64,000 nucleotides of DNA from Eledone cirrhosa (GCA_964016885.1 OZ024741.1:95480001-95544000); one strand, 5' to 3'; numbered from the stretch's first letter, positions 45,266 to 59,504 are shown. The notes: generated by a model from the letters alone, not told the origin. Numbers and translations are program-made.

Positions 45266-46032
45266 CTTTTTAATATTGATCTTTAGCATAGAATTAAACA
45301 ATGGCTATTTATTCAGCTATATGTTCATAATACATGTGGTAAGCCAGAATGACAAGCTGCTTTTATATTGTTCTCATCTCTAATTTAAGAAGTTTTGATT
45401 AGTATTGATATTAAGTTTAATTTTTAATTAAACATGAATTTTTATTTTTGAAATGGCACTTTTGGCAATTGTCTTCTATTATAGCTTCAGGCTGGCCAAT
45501 GCCATGTGAATGCAGTTTGGTAGACTGAAACTGTCAGAAGCCCATATATATATATATATATGTATATGTGTATGTGTGTGTATGTATGTATGTGTGTGTT
45601 GGAGGCTGTATGTATTTATGTCCTGTAAGTTAGCAGTTTGAGGGAAAGAGATTGATAAGTGTCAGACTTTGAGAAATAAGTATTGAGGTTGATATGATAG
45701 ACTTAATCCCTTCAAGGTGAAGTATCTACTAACATAGATTTGGGAATGACATTTGGTATATAGAATGCCATCTAGGTGAAGAATTAACTTCAAAACTACC
45801 ATTGCAGTTATACAGTGTTTCTGCAGTAAGTTAAACATGTGATATGGGAACTTCTATATGGTTTCTGAACCTGGTAGAAAAATTCCTTCAAATCACACCA
45901 TATCATATTTAACAGGTGGTGGATTCAATTTCAGTTTTGATGATAAAGCATCCAGTTGTCAAAGAAATGAATTCCTGCTTGAAAAATTAATCTGTAAATG
46001 ACTGAGTATTCCACAGACATGTGCACATTTAA

Positions 46033-46253
46033 CCCTTTAGCATTTAAACCGGCTATATCTGCCCAAAATTCTCTCACCTCGTTCTGTTCAAACAAGCCGT
46101 AACTGGCCACTAATACTGGTGTTAAGGTATTATTCTCAAAATAAATAATATCAAAATTTCATAGATGCGATATTATGTGAAATAATTATGTGAGTTAAAG
46201 CCTTTACCACAAAAATACAATTGTAAATATAGAGTAATGCAAATGTTAAAGGA
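46033..46253 (+). mobile_element. piggyBac-type MITE copy
   Basis: TTAA|CCCTTTAGCATTTAAACCGG... body as in 49815-50015; right end decayed. Confidence 0.8.
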
Positions 46254-47248
46254 CTAAATCAATTCTCAGCATGACACAATATAACAAAACTTTGAATTTG
46301 AGGCACATTCCTAAGAAAGAAAAATCAACTACAAAAAAAAAAAAAAGATGAAAGGCAAAGTTGACCTCTAGGTTTTGAATTTAGAGTACAGAGAATCAAA
46401 ATTTATACCACTAATGATTCTCCTAATTTAGATACTTTAATCAATGTAGTGCCAGTGTAACACTTTTACCATAGATTTGCTTAGGTTTGGTTTGGGGCTA
46501 AACAACACCAACAGTAACTCATTTAACCCTTTCATTACCATATCTTTTAATGAAATATGTTATATTTCAATTAATTATTGAAAAATTTGGAAGGATTTAC
46601 TAAAGTGATATTTCCTTAATATGGTATTTGTAACATAACTTCAAAGGTTCTTACATATAAGGATGTTGGAAGATTTTGATTTAAAAAGGATTCCCTTAAA
46701 ATGGGTGATTTTGTTAAATAGAACAATAGTGGGTTGGTATCAAAAGAGTCAAGATTTGATGTGATTTAAGAATTTGGAAAACTTGGCTGTAGATAATAGC
46801 ACCATCAGACATGGAGCCTGTTGGTAAATTTCTGACACCCTAAATAATTAACTAATTATCTTTCTCATCTTATATTTATTATATGTATGTTTATGAAATA
46901 GTACAACTCTAACAAAACTCTATAATGAAACAAACTTATAAGAGTTGTAACTCTCAGCCAATATATGAATTTGGCTGACAGTCACAAAACACTATTTGTT
47001 AGTTGGATGGGCACTGCAATTAAAGTGAGACATACATAGATATGGTTTTCCCACTGCTTTTTGGTCCACAGTATGACTTGAACCCAATACTGCAAATTTC
47101 TGAAACAATAATCAATTTTATAGTGCTGTCACTAATTAGATAATATAATTATAATTCAAGGGTATAATTTTGGTATATTTATATATATATATTTCGTTTC
47201 TGAATTTGTTTAGCAAGATTCTTTATCTGAAATCGTGTGTTGAAACCG

Positions 47249-47605
47249 ATATTGTTATACTTTGGGAGGGTCATGATGCCAATAAGAAACACATGCACCA
47301 GTTGCTTTCACTTCAATTTATTATAATAAATTTATAATAACTTTATAAATTTATAAATTTCTGGTTGGTTGGTTGGTTCCACAACCAGATAGTTGTTTAT
47401 ATATAGTCACAGTTCTTTCGTCACACACTCTGTGACCTCTTCAGTGACTGGGGATAAACAACTATCTGGTTGTGGAACCAACCAACCAACCAGAAATTTA
47501 TAAATTTATAAAGTTATTATAAATTTATTATAATAAATTGAAGTGAAAGCAACTGGTGCGTGTGTTTCTTATTGGCAACATGACCCTCCCAAAGTATAAC
47601 AATAT
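47249..47605. repeat. Near-perfect 152-bp inverted repeat with a hammerhead-like motif in the 53-bp spacer
   Basis: Arms 47249-47400 and 47454-47605, 2 mismatches seen; spacer minus strand AGTCA-CTGAAGA-GGTCACAGAGTGTGTGAC-GAAA-GAACTG-TGACT; related fragment at ~18710-18777. Confidence 0.9.
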
Positions 47606-47799
47606 ATATATATATAAAGCATGCACAATGCTTGAAGTTGCAATATTAAAATACGTATAAGTCAGTGGGTTTTTTTCTACCTCCAGTGAATGCATATAAT
47701 GTCTAAGATAAAATATATGTATAAAACAAAAAGGTCAGGAGGACTCTGTCAAAGACAAGTACCCTAGTGTTGGTGTCACAATAAAACGCACTCAGTAGA

Positions 47800-48660
47800 G
47801 CCCCCTGAAGGTAGAACCACCCAGAGGCAACTCAGGCACCCCACTAATCCTGAACCAACCAACGCTTTGAGAGCACCCAGGAAGGGCACTGCTCTTCTCA
47901 AATCCACCAGGCTACAAGCACATGCTCAGAATAGGCCCATTCACATGGGCCATTCTTGCAACGTTCATCCACCTTTTAGCAAATGTACTAAGAGGCTGCA
48001 CTTCTCTCTCCACCCTCACCTTCCTTTCCAAGTGAAATTTGAAAAAGTTGATGAGGGATTGGCCAAAGAAATGAGTGTCTATCTTCAGTCCTTTCAACCT
48101 GGTCCACCGTACAACCTCTTTTGCTACCATCACTAGAGGGAGGAAAACTGCCTGCCTTTCCTGGCCAAAAGAAGTTAGCGCAGTGATCTTCACTATGGAC
48201 TTGGTTGATAGCCAGATCTGTCCTACATGCGATAACAACTGTTTGACATAACTCTACAAGTCAGCAATGCATTAGCATTGGATGAGTGTATTCAGAATGG
48301 TCTTGTTGTTCTGCTTGCATCTTGAGCAGGTCCATCTGACAGCACTTCTATGCCTGTAGAATTTATCTTGAACTGGCAGTGCCCTCCAGTAGCACTGCCA
48401 AGCGAGGGATTCCTGGAAGTTATCCATAGTCCCCAGCTTGAACTGACTGATCAGTTTGACTTCATCAATGCCCAGAACTTTTCTGAGTGTGTCGTCGCAC
48501 TTGCCTACCACTAATCTTATGTAGAAATCGAAAGTGGAAGTTCCACTGACTGCATTGCTCACCTGGTAGAGGACAGTGAGCACCTGGTGACATTCCAGAT
48601 GCCAAGTGCACAGTCTTAGAATAATAATGATTTCTTTTCTTGGTCACAAGTGTCAGACAT
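47800..48660 (-). mobile_element. L1/Tx1-like LINE ORF2 C-terminal fragment
   Basis: Broken frames encode a zf-RVT-like segment (AWQCYWRALPV...TCSRC...LIQC*) and downstream KEVVRWTR...FAKRW. Confidence 0.65.
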
Positions 48661-48997
48661 TGAGGACACTACAAGGACAAAGGCAACACAACACGAAGTG
48701 GGGTTTACATCAATCAGAGGAAAAGGGAGATTACTGAAGTGAAAATAGTAGGAATAACTAATAGAAATTGTAATGAATATATATATAACAATAGAAAATA
48801 ATAAATGGGTTTTGAACTTAGGATGTAAAGAGCAAGAATCCCAACATATGACTAATACTTATTGATTGCAGAACGATGAAAGTAAGAGTTGAATTTAGAA
48901 TATAAGGATGTAGAAGTAAACACTACAAAGCATTTAATCTGATACTATACTTTTTGCCTCTTGACGTCATAGTAGTAGTAGTGATTATTTATTTATT

Positions 48998-49250
48998 AGT
49001 AGCTCAGTAGTTAGAGAGTTGAAATCGCAATCGTGAGGTTGTGAGTTCAATTCTCGGACCAGATGATGCGTTGTGTCCTTGAGCAAGACACTTTATTTCA
49101 CGCTGCTCCTTCTGCCAGGAGTTGTGACCGGCGGAAAGTATCAGCAATAGAACGACCAATGGAAACATTGTTTCCTTGGTCCGATGTGATGAGGTCTACC
49201 CCACTCAGCAAGCGAATGAGTTCTGGGATCTTGTCGATTGATCAGAGCGA
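48998..49250 (+). mobile_element. Family B SINE head and core with an alternative tail (second copy at ~53031-53282)
   Basis: A box TAGCTCAGTAG, B box GAGTTCAATTC, core TGTCCTTGAGCAAGACACTTTATTTCAC, tail GTATCAGCAATAGAA...GGGATCTTGT. Confidence 0.8.
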
Positions 49251-49274
49251 GCGAATAATAACAGTAGTAATAAA

Positions 49275-50490
49275 TAATGGTTTCTGATTTAGGCACAAGG
49301 CCAACAAATTTGGGGGAGTAGAAAGTCGATTAATTCGATCCCAGTACATTACTGGTACTTTATTTTATTAACCCTGTAACCCTGTAAGTATGAAAGGCAA
49401 AGCTAACCTCGCCAGGATTTGAAATCAGAACAAATACTGCTAAGAGTTTGTCTCATGCTCTAATAACTGCCAATCCACCACCCTTATAATAATTCTTCTA
49501 ATATTGGCACAAGGCCAGAAATTTGGGAGAAGAGGAACAGCGATTATATTGACCCCAGTAATTGACTGGTACTTTATTTTATTGACTCTGGAAGAATGAA
49601 AATCAGAGTTAATCTTGGCAGAATTTGAACTCAGAATGTAGAGGGTCACAACTAAAAGCTGTAGTGGTTTCTATTGTGGGCACTAGGTAAACAAATTTGA
49701 AGGCAGTGGAAAGTTGATTATACAGACGCCACTCAGTATATGATTGGTACTTTATCTTATTGGCTCTGGAAGAATAACAGACAAAATTAACGCCAGCAAG
49801 ATGTGTACTTTTAACCCTTTAGCATTTAAACCGGCCAATTCCAGCCAGAATTCTCTCACCTCTTTCCGTTCAAATTGGCCGTAACCGGCCACTCATGTTA
49901 AGGTATTGTTCTCAAAATAAATAATATCAAAATCTCATAGATTTGATATTATGTGAGTAAAGCCTTTACCGTGAAAATATAATAGTAAATATAGAGTACT
50001 GCAAATGTTAAAGGGTTAAAAGCAACTGGAAGTGATTGAATTCAGAATGTAAAGAGATGTTACAAGATACAAGGTTCTTTGTCTGTTGCTCTACTGATTC
50101 TGTTACTCAGTCACTCTCCTCATTATCATCTTCATCCTCATATCCTCTTCTTAATAATAATTATTTCTATTTTTGGCACAAGGCCAACAATTTGAAGGGA
50201 AGGAGAAAGTCAGTTATATTGACCCTAGTATTTAACTGTTTTTTTATTTTACAAAACATGGAAGGATGAAAGGTAAAGTTGACCTCAATAGAATTTGAAT
50301 TCAGAAATTTGTCCAATTCTCTATTGACTCTGCAAATCCATTTCCCTTATTAATTATAACAATGATTTCTACAGTAGGCACAAGGCCAGAAATTTTGGGG
50401 TAGAGGAAAATTGATTAAATCGACCCCAGTGTATTACTGGTACTTTATTTTATCAACCCCATAAGGATTAAAGGCAAAGCTAACTTCAAT
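49275..50490 (-). mobile_element. Array of family A SINE copies, with a piggyBac MITE at 49815-50015
   Basis: Repeated GGCACAAGGCCA...CTGGTACTTTATTTTAT...GAAAGGCAAAG; MITE bounded by TTAA|CCC...GGG|TTAA. Confidence 0.8.
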
Positions 50491-50644
50491 AATAATCTAT
50501 TATTTATAATTTACCAGGTTTATTATCAGAATGAGAAGATAGGTACAAGCTTTTACCCTAAAGTTTAATTATTTTTATCAAATTCTGAAGTGGTAAAAAA
50601 TAATTAGATGTTTGTTTCTTGATGATTTAATGGCGGCGGCGGCG

Positions 50645-51000
50645 GCTTCTTCTTCTTCTTCTTCTTCTTCTTCTTCTTCTTCTTCTTCTTCTTCTTCTTC
50701 TTCTTCTTCTTCTTCTTCTTCAGAGTGTTGTTGAAGCAGAGTCTTCAGACATGCCTTCCTGGAAGTCTTATTACAAGTAACCATCTCTAAATGATCGAGT
50801 CCTAACAAGCTTATGAATGCTATCCTACCATCTTGCTTGTGGTCTACTTTTGGGTCTCCTGCCTGTCGGTTTAGCTCGTAAAATCTGTCCAGTGTTTCTT
50901 TCCTTAGACATTATTGGAGCTATATGCCCATCAGATATGATGGTTAGTTGCAATACATGTGGGCTGTTGCTGGATGATTAAAGAATCCCAGACCAAAAGA
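50645..51000 (-). mobile_element. RTE-like LINE 3' fragment with (AAG)n tail
   Basis: Minus strand translates to ...KPTGRRPKSRPQARW..., typical of RTE C-termini, followed by (GAA)n. Confidence 0.55.
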
Positions 51001-53324
51001 GCAGTAACCTACTTGGAGAAATGGGTGACACTGTTAGTTTTCAGGAAAACTCTCACATCCCAGCGATCTAATGATATGGAGAAAAACTGATTTTTTGTGC
51101 TGTTAATTCAAGGTTCTGTCAGACTATTGATTAGAGTGATGCAAATTCAACTTTAACTATCAATCAATTAAAAATATAACAACGCAACTATCTATATACA
51201 TACATATATATATATAATTTAATATAGAAATGGCTTCTATAGGACTAGAACTGTTGCATTCAAAGGAAATCATCAGGAAAGCTTTGCTGATGATTTCCTT
51301 CGTTAGACAAGCTGTGAAATAAGACAAGTCAGATGACCATGTCTTGCTCATACAGAACTGGTTTCTATGACTGGATGCCCTTCCTAATACCAACCACTTT
51401 ACTGGGCGCTTTTTGTTATGACACCTACACAACGACTTTACTGTGTGAAGTGGGCGCGTTTTATCATGACACCTACATGATGACTTTACAGTATTGACTG
51501 GATGCTTTTTGTCATGACACCTATATAACAACTTTACAGTGTGGGCTCGGTGCATTTTGTTGTGACACCTGCACAACGACTTTTATTTATATATATATAT
51601 ATATATATATACATACATACATGCCAACATTCAAGTGTGCATGTCTAAAGTCAATGGGGGAGAACAATACAGTTCAAAGATGCTATATATTAGAAAAACA
51701 CTTGATGTAGTAGGAAAAGTGTCTTAGTATTTCGGACATTAATCCTTCATTGGAATACAGAATGAGAAATAGAAGAAATGAAGGAGACAAGAATAAGAAA
51801 AGGAAAAATGAAAAAAAACATTTTATAGGAGAAAAGCATATATGTATGTTCTTCAGGTTTTATAATTTTATAAATTTTTACTACTAGAGAGAGAGAGTGG
51901 GTTTCTAACATAGATACAAAACTCTCTCATTAGAATTTACACAACATCAACTAGGTAGATATTTATGCATGTCTGCAGGCATGTGTGTGCAGGTATGGTT
52001 GTTATTGCATGTGTGGATGTAGATGTTTTGAGTTATATGTGTGCATGTGCATATGTTTTGTATGTATGTATGTATGTATGTGACAACTGGGGGCCTTTCA
52101 CTCTCAGGCAAAAAAAAAAGTACTATTTGGTTGGCCGTTGACTCTGCTGAGTTCCTTTGCCCTTCTCACCAAGCAAGCTTCTAATAATGTTGACGAGTTC
52201 TCCTTTTCGGGTATTGTTTTCGATGCTCAGAGAGTGGGTTTGGTTGAGTGTAAGGCCTTTTCCCACTTAAAAAAACCTTCAAAGCACAGGCATTACTTGT
52301 TCAGGATCTGTTACAGTTTCATGTGGCTGGCCGTAGCCTAAAAGTGCACCATTTTCTGTAATCTGACAAGCGATTGCAATACACTTAGCAGAATTTGCAG
52401 CCATCATGTATGTTTGTATGTATACTAGTTTGAAAAGTGTATTAAGCATGAAACTCCTGGCCATTAAGTTACTGTCATAGCTTTACAGCTATACTAGAAC
52501 CATTACTTTACCTGTGTAATTGAGTTGTATTTCTCCAGTTTGCACAGTTAAATCTATATACACACACACATATATATATATATATACATATATACATACA
52601 TACCCCCCCCCCCCATATATATATATATGAAATATTGGGGAATTTGAAAATATACTAACTACAAAGCACAACTATGAACAATAGTTGAATATGTATTTAT
52701 GTATGTGTTTACATCCATGTAGAGTGGTAAGAAATTCTCAGGATAGCTGGACAGCAGAAGGTCTTCATAGAAGAAATCCCTTTAAGCAAGTGTTTCAGCC
52801 CTTTTTGTTGAATGTATATTGGCAAACTATGTATGTGTATATATTTTTGCTGTTGTATATTGGTGAAAGATATTCACATTTGCAAGAAAACCAATAAATT
52901 GGTGCATTCAAACAAACATGATTCTGGTATTTATTCTGTCCAAACTCTACCGACACCCCATAGCTACTCGCTCTCCACAAAAAGTCAGTAAACTATTCAA
53001 TACCTAGAATTAAATATTGTATTGTTCATGAAGGCACATGGCTGAGTGGTTAGAGAATTGGATGCGCAATCATGAGGTTGTGAGTTCAATTCCCGGACTG
53101 GGCAATGTGTTATGTCCTTGAGCAAGATACTTTATTTCACATTGCTCCTTCTATCTGGATTTGCAACCGATAGATAGTATCAGCAATAGAAAAACCAATG
53201 AAAACATCATTTCCTTGGTCCAATTTGATGAGCTCCACCCCACTTGTTAAACAAATGAGGTCTGGGATCTTGTTGATCAACTGGTAAAATTGTTTATGAA
53301 ATGCATGATATTAAATAAGGATTT

Positions 53325-53692
53325 TTAATTTAGGCACAAGGCCAGCAAATTTTGTAGGGGAAGAGCAAAGTTGATGATACTTATTTCATCAACCACGGAA
53401 TTATAAAATGCAAAGTTGACCTCAGTAGCATTTGAACTCAGAAGGTAAAGAGCCAGAACAAATACTGCTAAGCATTATTCTGACATTCTAACAACTCTAC
53501 TAATTCCTACATGATATAATTGTTTATACTGTTGGCGCAAGGCCAGCAATTATCCCAGTACATTACTGCTGCTTTATTTTATTGACCCTGTAAGGATGAA
53601 AGGCAAAGTTAACCTCAGTGGGATTTGAACTCAGAACGTAAAGGGCCATAACTCGATGCCGAAAAACATGGTGTCTGCCAATCCACCACCCT
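53325..53692 (-). mobile_element. Two tandem family A SINEs
   Basis: Similar to 1172-1362. Confidence 0.8.
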
Positions 53693-54351
53693 GCATGATA
53701 TAATGTAATATAAAGAGAAACCTTTATTCTGTAAGGTAGATTTATGATACTTTGCTGAAGTCAATTCTCTTCATCCTCTTCATCATCAACATCATTATCA
53801 TTTCATGTTTGCTGTCCATGCTAGCAAGGGTTGGATAGATTATCACGGTACAAGAGTAGATGGGCTGAGAAGACACATCTTCATCATATGCTCTGTTATC
53901 TTCCTCAATTATATAAATTTAAGAAATGAAGTTTAGATGACTGAAAGAGTGCCAGAAAGTATACAATACAGAATTGTCTTTCTACTATCTTATTGCCAGG
54001 TTCAAATCTTGTCAAGCTCCAACACAGCTTTTCATTTCTTCAGTTTTGGGGGTTGATAAAATAAATTAATCCATTTATGTTTTAAGGTTATTTGTCCTGC
54101 TAAAAGCGAAGTTAGCTCTGCAGGCTCCACAACAGGCTTCACACTCACCAATGGGGTCTTTTGTGAGGCAGTGTTCTATGGCCATATGCCTGCCCTTCCT
54201 GACATGACAAGGCAGACAGGTCTCTCTATTTGTCTATCGCAACTTCATACAAAAGTATTGGCTTTATTCTTAATGAAATGAAATCATTATTACAGCCATT
54301 AAGAGGTGCCCTAGATGGCGGTAAAGATGATTCCCTTTTAGTACCCTGTGA

Positions 54352-54665
54352 AGACATGTGGCTTCATGGTTAGGGTGTTTGGCTCATGATCATAGAGTCA
54401 TGAGTTCTGTTCCAAGTGGCATGTTGTGTCTTTGAGCAAGGTACTATTTCACATTGATCCAGTCCATTCAGCTGGCACAAATGAATTGTACCTGTAATTC
54501 AAACAGTCAGCCTTGTCACACACTGTATTACACTGAATTTCCCCTGAGAACTACATTAAGGGTGCACTTGTCTATGGAATATTCAGCCACTTGCATATTA
54601 ATTTTACAAGCAGGCTGATCTATTGATTGAATTAACTTGAATACTCATCATCAGAATTGGCAGAG
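54352..54665 (+). mobile_element. Family B SINE with a third tail type (inverted relatives at ~6420-6630 and ~56390-56625)
   Basis: tRNA-like head, TTGAGCAAG...TTTCACATTG core, tail GTACCTGTAATTCAAA...CAGCCACTTGC. Confidence 0.65.
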
Positions 54666-55304
54666 GTTCAACACAATGTATTTTGTCTTTTTACCCTAAG
54701 TATCCCCTCCTTGAGAAAACCTATAATCCAAAGTATTCTACTCCATCTTTCTGTATATATATAGTATATTGTTCAAAACAGTCCTTTCTTTTTAAGACAG
54801 TGAATTTGGGAGAGGGACTGAACTAACCTCAACTTCATGTGTTGGTCCCTGGGAAAGCATTTGTTATAATGCTTTGCTAACAAGAACCTCTAAAAAAATA
54901 TGTTGATGAATGGTAATAATATACATACATGCATATTTACACACGCACTAGAACACATACATATCATCATGGCTAATTGCATGTTTACCAACCATCAAAC
55001 ATGATGTGGCATGAAGAGAAAGAATTTGGCAGCTATTTCTTGCAGGTGGAACAACCACATAGAGGTTCTTTTGTTGAGTCAACAGTTACACATAATACAG
55101 TTATGTGCTATCATGTAAATAGACTTTTTGTGTATGCATATACAGTATGGTTTTTATGTATATATTCATATGTGTGTGAGCATGTTATGTGAAGTTGTGA
55201 AGTAGCCTCAGTCAGCTCTTCTTGACACACATAATTAACTGACCTCATTTGGGAGCATGTCCATTCTTCAGTAGCATTGAAACCATTGTAATTTCATCTT
55301 ATTT

Positions 55305-57865
55305 CAAATACCGCCAAGGTTAACTTTGCCTTTCATCCTTACGGGGTCGATAAAATAAAGTACCAGTAATGTACTGGGTAATTGCTGGCCTTGTGCCAAA
55401 AGTAGAAACAATTATTAAACAATTATTAAAGAGTGGGGGATTGGCAGTATCAGTAGAGCATCAGCCAATGTGCTTCATGGCATATAGTTATGACTTTTTA
55501 CATTCCAATTTGAAATCCCACCAAGGTTAACAGGGTCAATAAAATATAGCGCCAGTAACACACTGGGGTCGATTTAATCAACTTTTCCCTACCTCCAAAT
55601 TTTTGGCCTTGTGTTGAACTCAGAAACCATTATTAAAGGAAATTATTCAAACAGTGGATTGGCAGAATTATTAGAGTTCTATAGGCCTGTCACCAGACTT
55701 TGGGGCTCAGGGAACTTCAGAAAATTCTAGGTAGGCAATCTAATTTGCAATAATTCTATGAGAGTTTCAGAATGAGTTAAATACTGTAATCGTTTGTAAA
55801 TCTGAGAATGACCATTGATGGTAACGAATCCCAAGCCTTACATTATTTAATTACAGCAATGGATTGTCAGTATTGGTAGAGGGATGGACACCATGCTTTG
55901 TATCATAGAGTTACGGCTCTTTACGGTCTGAGTTAAAATCCTGCTGAGGTTAACTTTGCCTTTCATCCTTACGGGGTCAATAAAATAAAGCACCAGAAAT
56001 GTACTGGGGTAATTGCTGGCCTTGTGCCCAAAATAGAAACAATTATTTAGTTACAACTCTTTAAGTTCTGTCATGGTCAACTCTGCCTTTCACCCTTCTA
56101 GGGTTAATGAAATAAATTAACTGTCAAGTACTGGGCCTGATATAATAGATTTCCCCTCTCCTGAAATTGCTGGTTTTGTGCCTAAATTAGAAATCATCAT
56201 CAAGGGAAATTATGTCCTACATGTCCTACTTAAAACATGTGATGGGATGAGGATACAGTAATACTCACCCGATGTCTTGGGTGTGTTTCAGGTGTTGTAC
56301 TAGGGCACCTCCTGTGTGTGTAGGACCTCTAGTGGGTCCAATGGTGAGTGTTGCAGTTGTTTGAACAATGGAACTGTCTACTCATGAAATAAACGTGCAT
56401 GTAGCTGAGCACATGTGCCTATAACATAACTCAGGGAGATTCAGTATGACACAGTGTGTGACAAGATTGGTCCTTTGAATTACGGGTACAGCTCATTTTT
56501 CCCAGATGAGAGGGCTGGAGCAATGTGAAATAAAGTGTTTTGCTCAAGGACACAACACATTGCCAGGAATTGAATGCATGATCTTACAAACATGAAACAA
56601 ACTCCCTTGCCCCTAAGCCATGCACCTTCCCAGATGAAAGCACAAAAACAACAACACTACACAACCAGTCATCATCTGTTATGTCAAGATGGTTTTACTC
56701 ATGTAGTTGGTCATCAGCTTCATTGGAATATAATTTAAAAAAAGAAAAAAAGAAAAATAGTGTGTCATCATCATCATCATCAGCATCATCATCTGTTTTA
56801 AGGCAACCACATACTGGCTTTAATGGATGGTGGATAAGAGAATCATGAGTAAGACAAACTCTGTTTAATTTAGTTATGTTGCAAGGTTTTGAGTTCAAAT
56901 CTCATCCTGGTTGACTTTGTGTTACATATTTGTGAGGCCAATAGAATAAAATACTAATCATGTACTTAGTGAAAGTGTGTAGCTTAGTGGTTAAGGTGTT
57001 GAACTTATGATCATAATGTTGTGGGTATCATTCTTGGAACAGGTGGCTCATTGTGTTCTTGAGCAAAACACTTCATTTCATGTTGCTGAAAATGAGTACC
57101 AGCATTAGCTGGAGCTTAACCCTCTGATGGACTGGCAGCCTATCTCAGTTGCTTAATGAAACTGAAGATAAGCACCAGTATGATGGCTTGGGAGAGGCTA
57201 ACCTTTTTAAAAAATATGTTCTACCCTAGTAGTTAGTGTGGCTGTGGATTTTTGTGGGGTTTTTTCCATGCGTAACCCTCAGAAATCACTCTCACCATTG
57301 GGAAATTTTCCTTTGTTTCAATTTTACATGTTGTTTATGTTATATTTTACAAGAAAAAAAACCTACATTGTCCTATGCTGTCTTCAATGTTTTCTTCATG
57401 TGAACTCTGTGGATAATAAAGAAACTATTTATTATCATTATTATAAGAGTAGAAACAATTATTATAAGAGCGGTGGATTGGCAATATTGGTAGAGAGTTG
57501 GACGCTATGCTTTCCAGCATAGTTACGTCCCTTTGTGGTCTGAGTTCAAATCCCGCCGAGGTTAACTTTGCCTTTCATCCTTACAGGGTCGATAAAATAA
57601 AGTACCAGTAATGTACTGGGTAATTGCTGGCCTTGTGCCAAAGTAGAAACAATTATTATAAGGCGGGTAGGTTGGTAGTATTGGTAGAGTGTTGGACAAT
57701 ATGCTTTGCACCATATAGTTATTTCCCTTTACATTCTGAGTTCAAATCCTGCTGAGGTTAACTTTGCCTTTCATCCTTACAAGTACCAGTAATGCACTGG
57801 GATGATTTAATAGACTTTTCCCTACCCTTAAATTGTTGGCCTTGTGTCTAAATCAGAAACCATTA
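55305..57865 (+). mobile_element. Clusters of family A SINEs (55305-56200 and 57468-57865)
   Basis: Near-identical GGTTAACTTTGCCTTTCATCCTTAC(G/A)GGGTC blocks. Confidence 0.8.
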
Positions 57866-57959
57866 TTAATATTAATATTTCAAGTTTTCTCAGTTCTTAG
57901 AATGGTGATATTTAATCCCTCAATCAAGTCAAATGAAATTAGATTGAAAACAGTTTGTG

Positions 57960-58590
57960 CAGAATGTCTGCAGTTACCAACAAAGCAGATTTTTGCTAAG
58001 TAGTTATATTTGGTTGAATACCAATTTCCTTCAAGTAACACTCAAAGTTTTTAGTGACTAATCCTAATGCTCCTAACACAATTGCTATTGTTTTAGTGTT
58101 TTTGTCCCACACCCTAGCAACTTCGACTTTTAACTCAGAGTAGTTGTCAAATTTTTGGTTTTCTTTTAATCTGATAAAATGACCTTCTTCTACTGCTATA
58201 TCAATTAACCAAAACTTGTTCTCATTCCCACCTACTACAATGATGTCAGGCTTTCTGTGCTGATTAATTCTATCTATTTGAACCCTTAAGTTCCACAACA
58301 TTTTGACATTTTCATTTTCAATCACTTTTCCTGGTTTTTGCTGGTACCATTTTTGATCAGTTACAAAGCCATACTATTTACTTAAGCAACGGTAAAGTAG
58401 TTTGCACACTTTATCATGATAGCTTTTGTAATCCTTTTGCACGAGCATTGTGCAGGCACTCACAATGTGCGTGACAGTTTCAACTCCTTCCCCTCTAATA
58501 CCTTACACATTTTTTTAATCTACCTAACTGTAAGTTTTATGCCATACTGAGTTTGTGTTCAGTGCCTGGTCTTGGGCAGCCATATTCAAA
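57960..58590 (-). mobile_element. R4/Dong-like non-LTR retrotransposon C-terminal fragment (restriction-like endonuclease)
   Basis: ENENVKMLWN...HRKPDIIV...LIDIAV...KE..K...Y.EL...IVLGALG (PD..D..K motif), preceded by a zinc-knuckle-like ETVTHIVSAC. Confidence 0.8.
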
Positions 58591-58942
58591 CCTGTTTCCC
58601 ACATCAAATCAAGTTAGCAAGATTGGCAGACTAAATGTTTTGCTGTTTTATTATGACCTCATTTCTGAGTTTGAGTCTTATTGAAATCCACTTTAGCTTT
58701 TGTCTTCTCTGGGGCAATAAAACAAATATCAGTCAAGAATAGATACAGCAATAGCAGTATGTATACAGCAGTATATATATATAGCAGTATGTATGGCTAA
58801 AGAAGTTCTTTTCACTACCATACAGTTCCAGGTTCAATCCCATTGGGTGGCACCTTGGGCATGTGTCTTTTTACTATAGTCTCTGTAGTCTCTGGTTGGT
58901 CAATGCCTTATAAGTGGAATTTAGTTGACGTGCATGTGCTTG

Positions 58943-59005
<63 letters not shown>

Positions 59006-59014
<9 letters not shown>

Positions 59015-59124
59015 AATGGCTTCTATAGGACTAGAACTTTTTCATTCGGGAGAAATCATCAGGAAGCCTGATGATTTCTCTCAAATGAAACAGTTCTAGT
59101 TCTGTAGAAGCCATTTCTATATTA
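59006..59124. repeat. Fold-back palindrome with CTGATGA...GAAAC core (relatives at 51219-51302 and ~2611-2655)
   Basis: Arms of ~57 bp around an AAG loop; all three copies abut microsatellites. Confidence 0.75.
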
Positions 59125-59196
59125 AATATTTATACTCTGTTATGTATTGAATACCTTACTTACTATCGTTATCCCGAATTGAACCTGGGATAAACA

Positions 59197-59231
<35 letters not shown>

Positions 59232-59504
59232 CTATGTATATATATATATATATATATAAAATGTAGGAGGTGAGTTTTATTGTAGCACAATAAAGCAATG
59301 CAAATATCGGATATGTTGATTTGAAACTTCACTATTCACAAGTGTTTTTTAAGCTTCATATCATGTATCCCTTGATGATATTTGTTTTTGAAATGCACAT
59401 AATAAAATACTTGGAACTCTTTTAACCATCTTTTGATCTTATATTATATATATATATATATGTGTGTGTATATATATATATATGTGTATATATATATATA
59501 TATA

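Noticed and set aside
51400-51585. CRISPR-like ~47-bp periodic repeats
   Set aside because: Degenerate minisatellite similar to the RTE 3' UTR repeats; no unique spacers, no cas genes, eukaryotic DNA.
51722-51755. Minus-strand CAATGAAGGA-TTAATG-TCCGAAA hammerhead-like motif
   Set aside because: CUGA core is broken and no stem I is evident.
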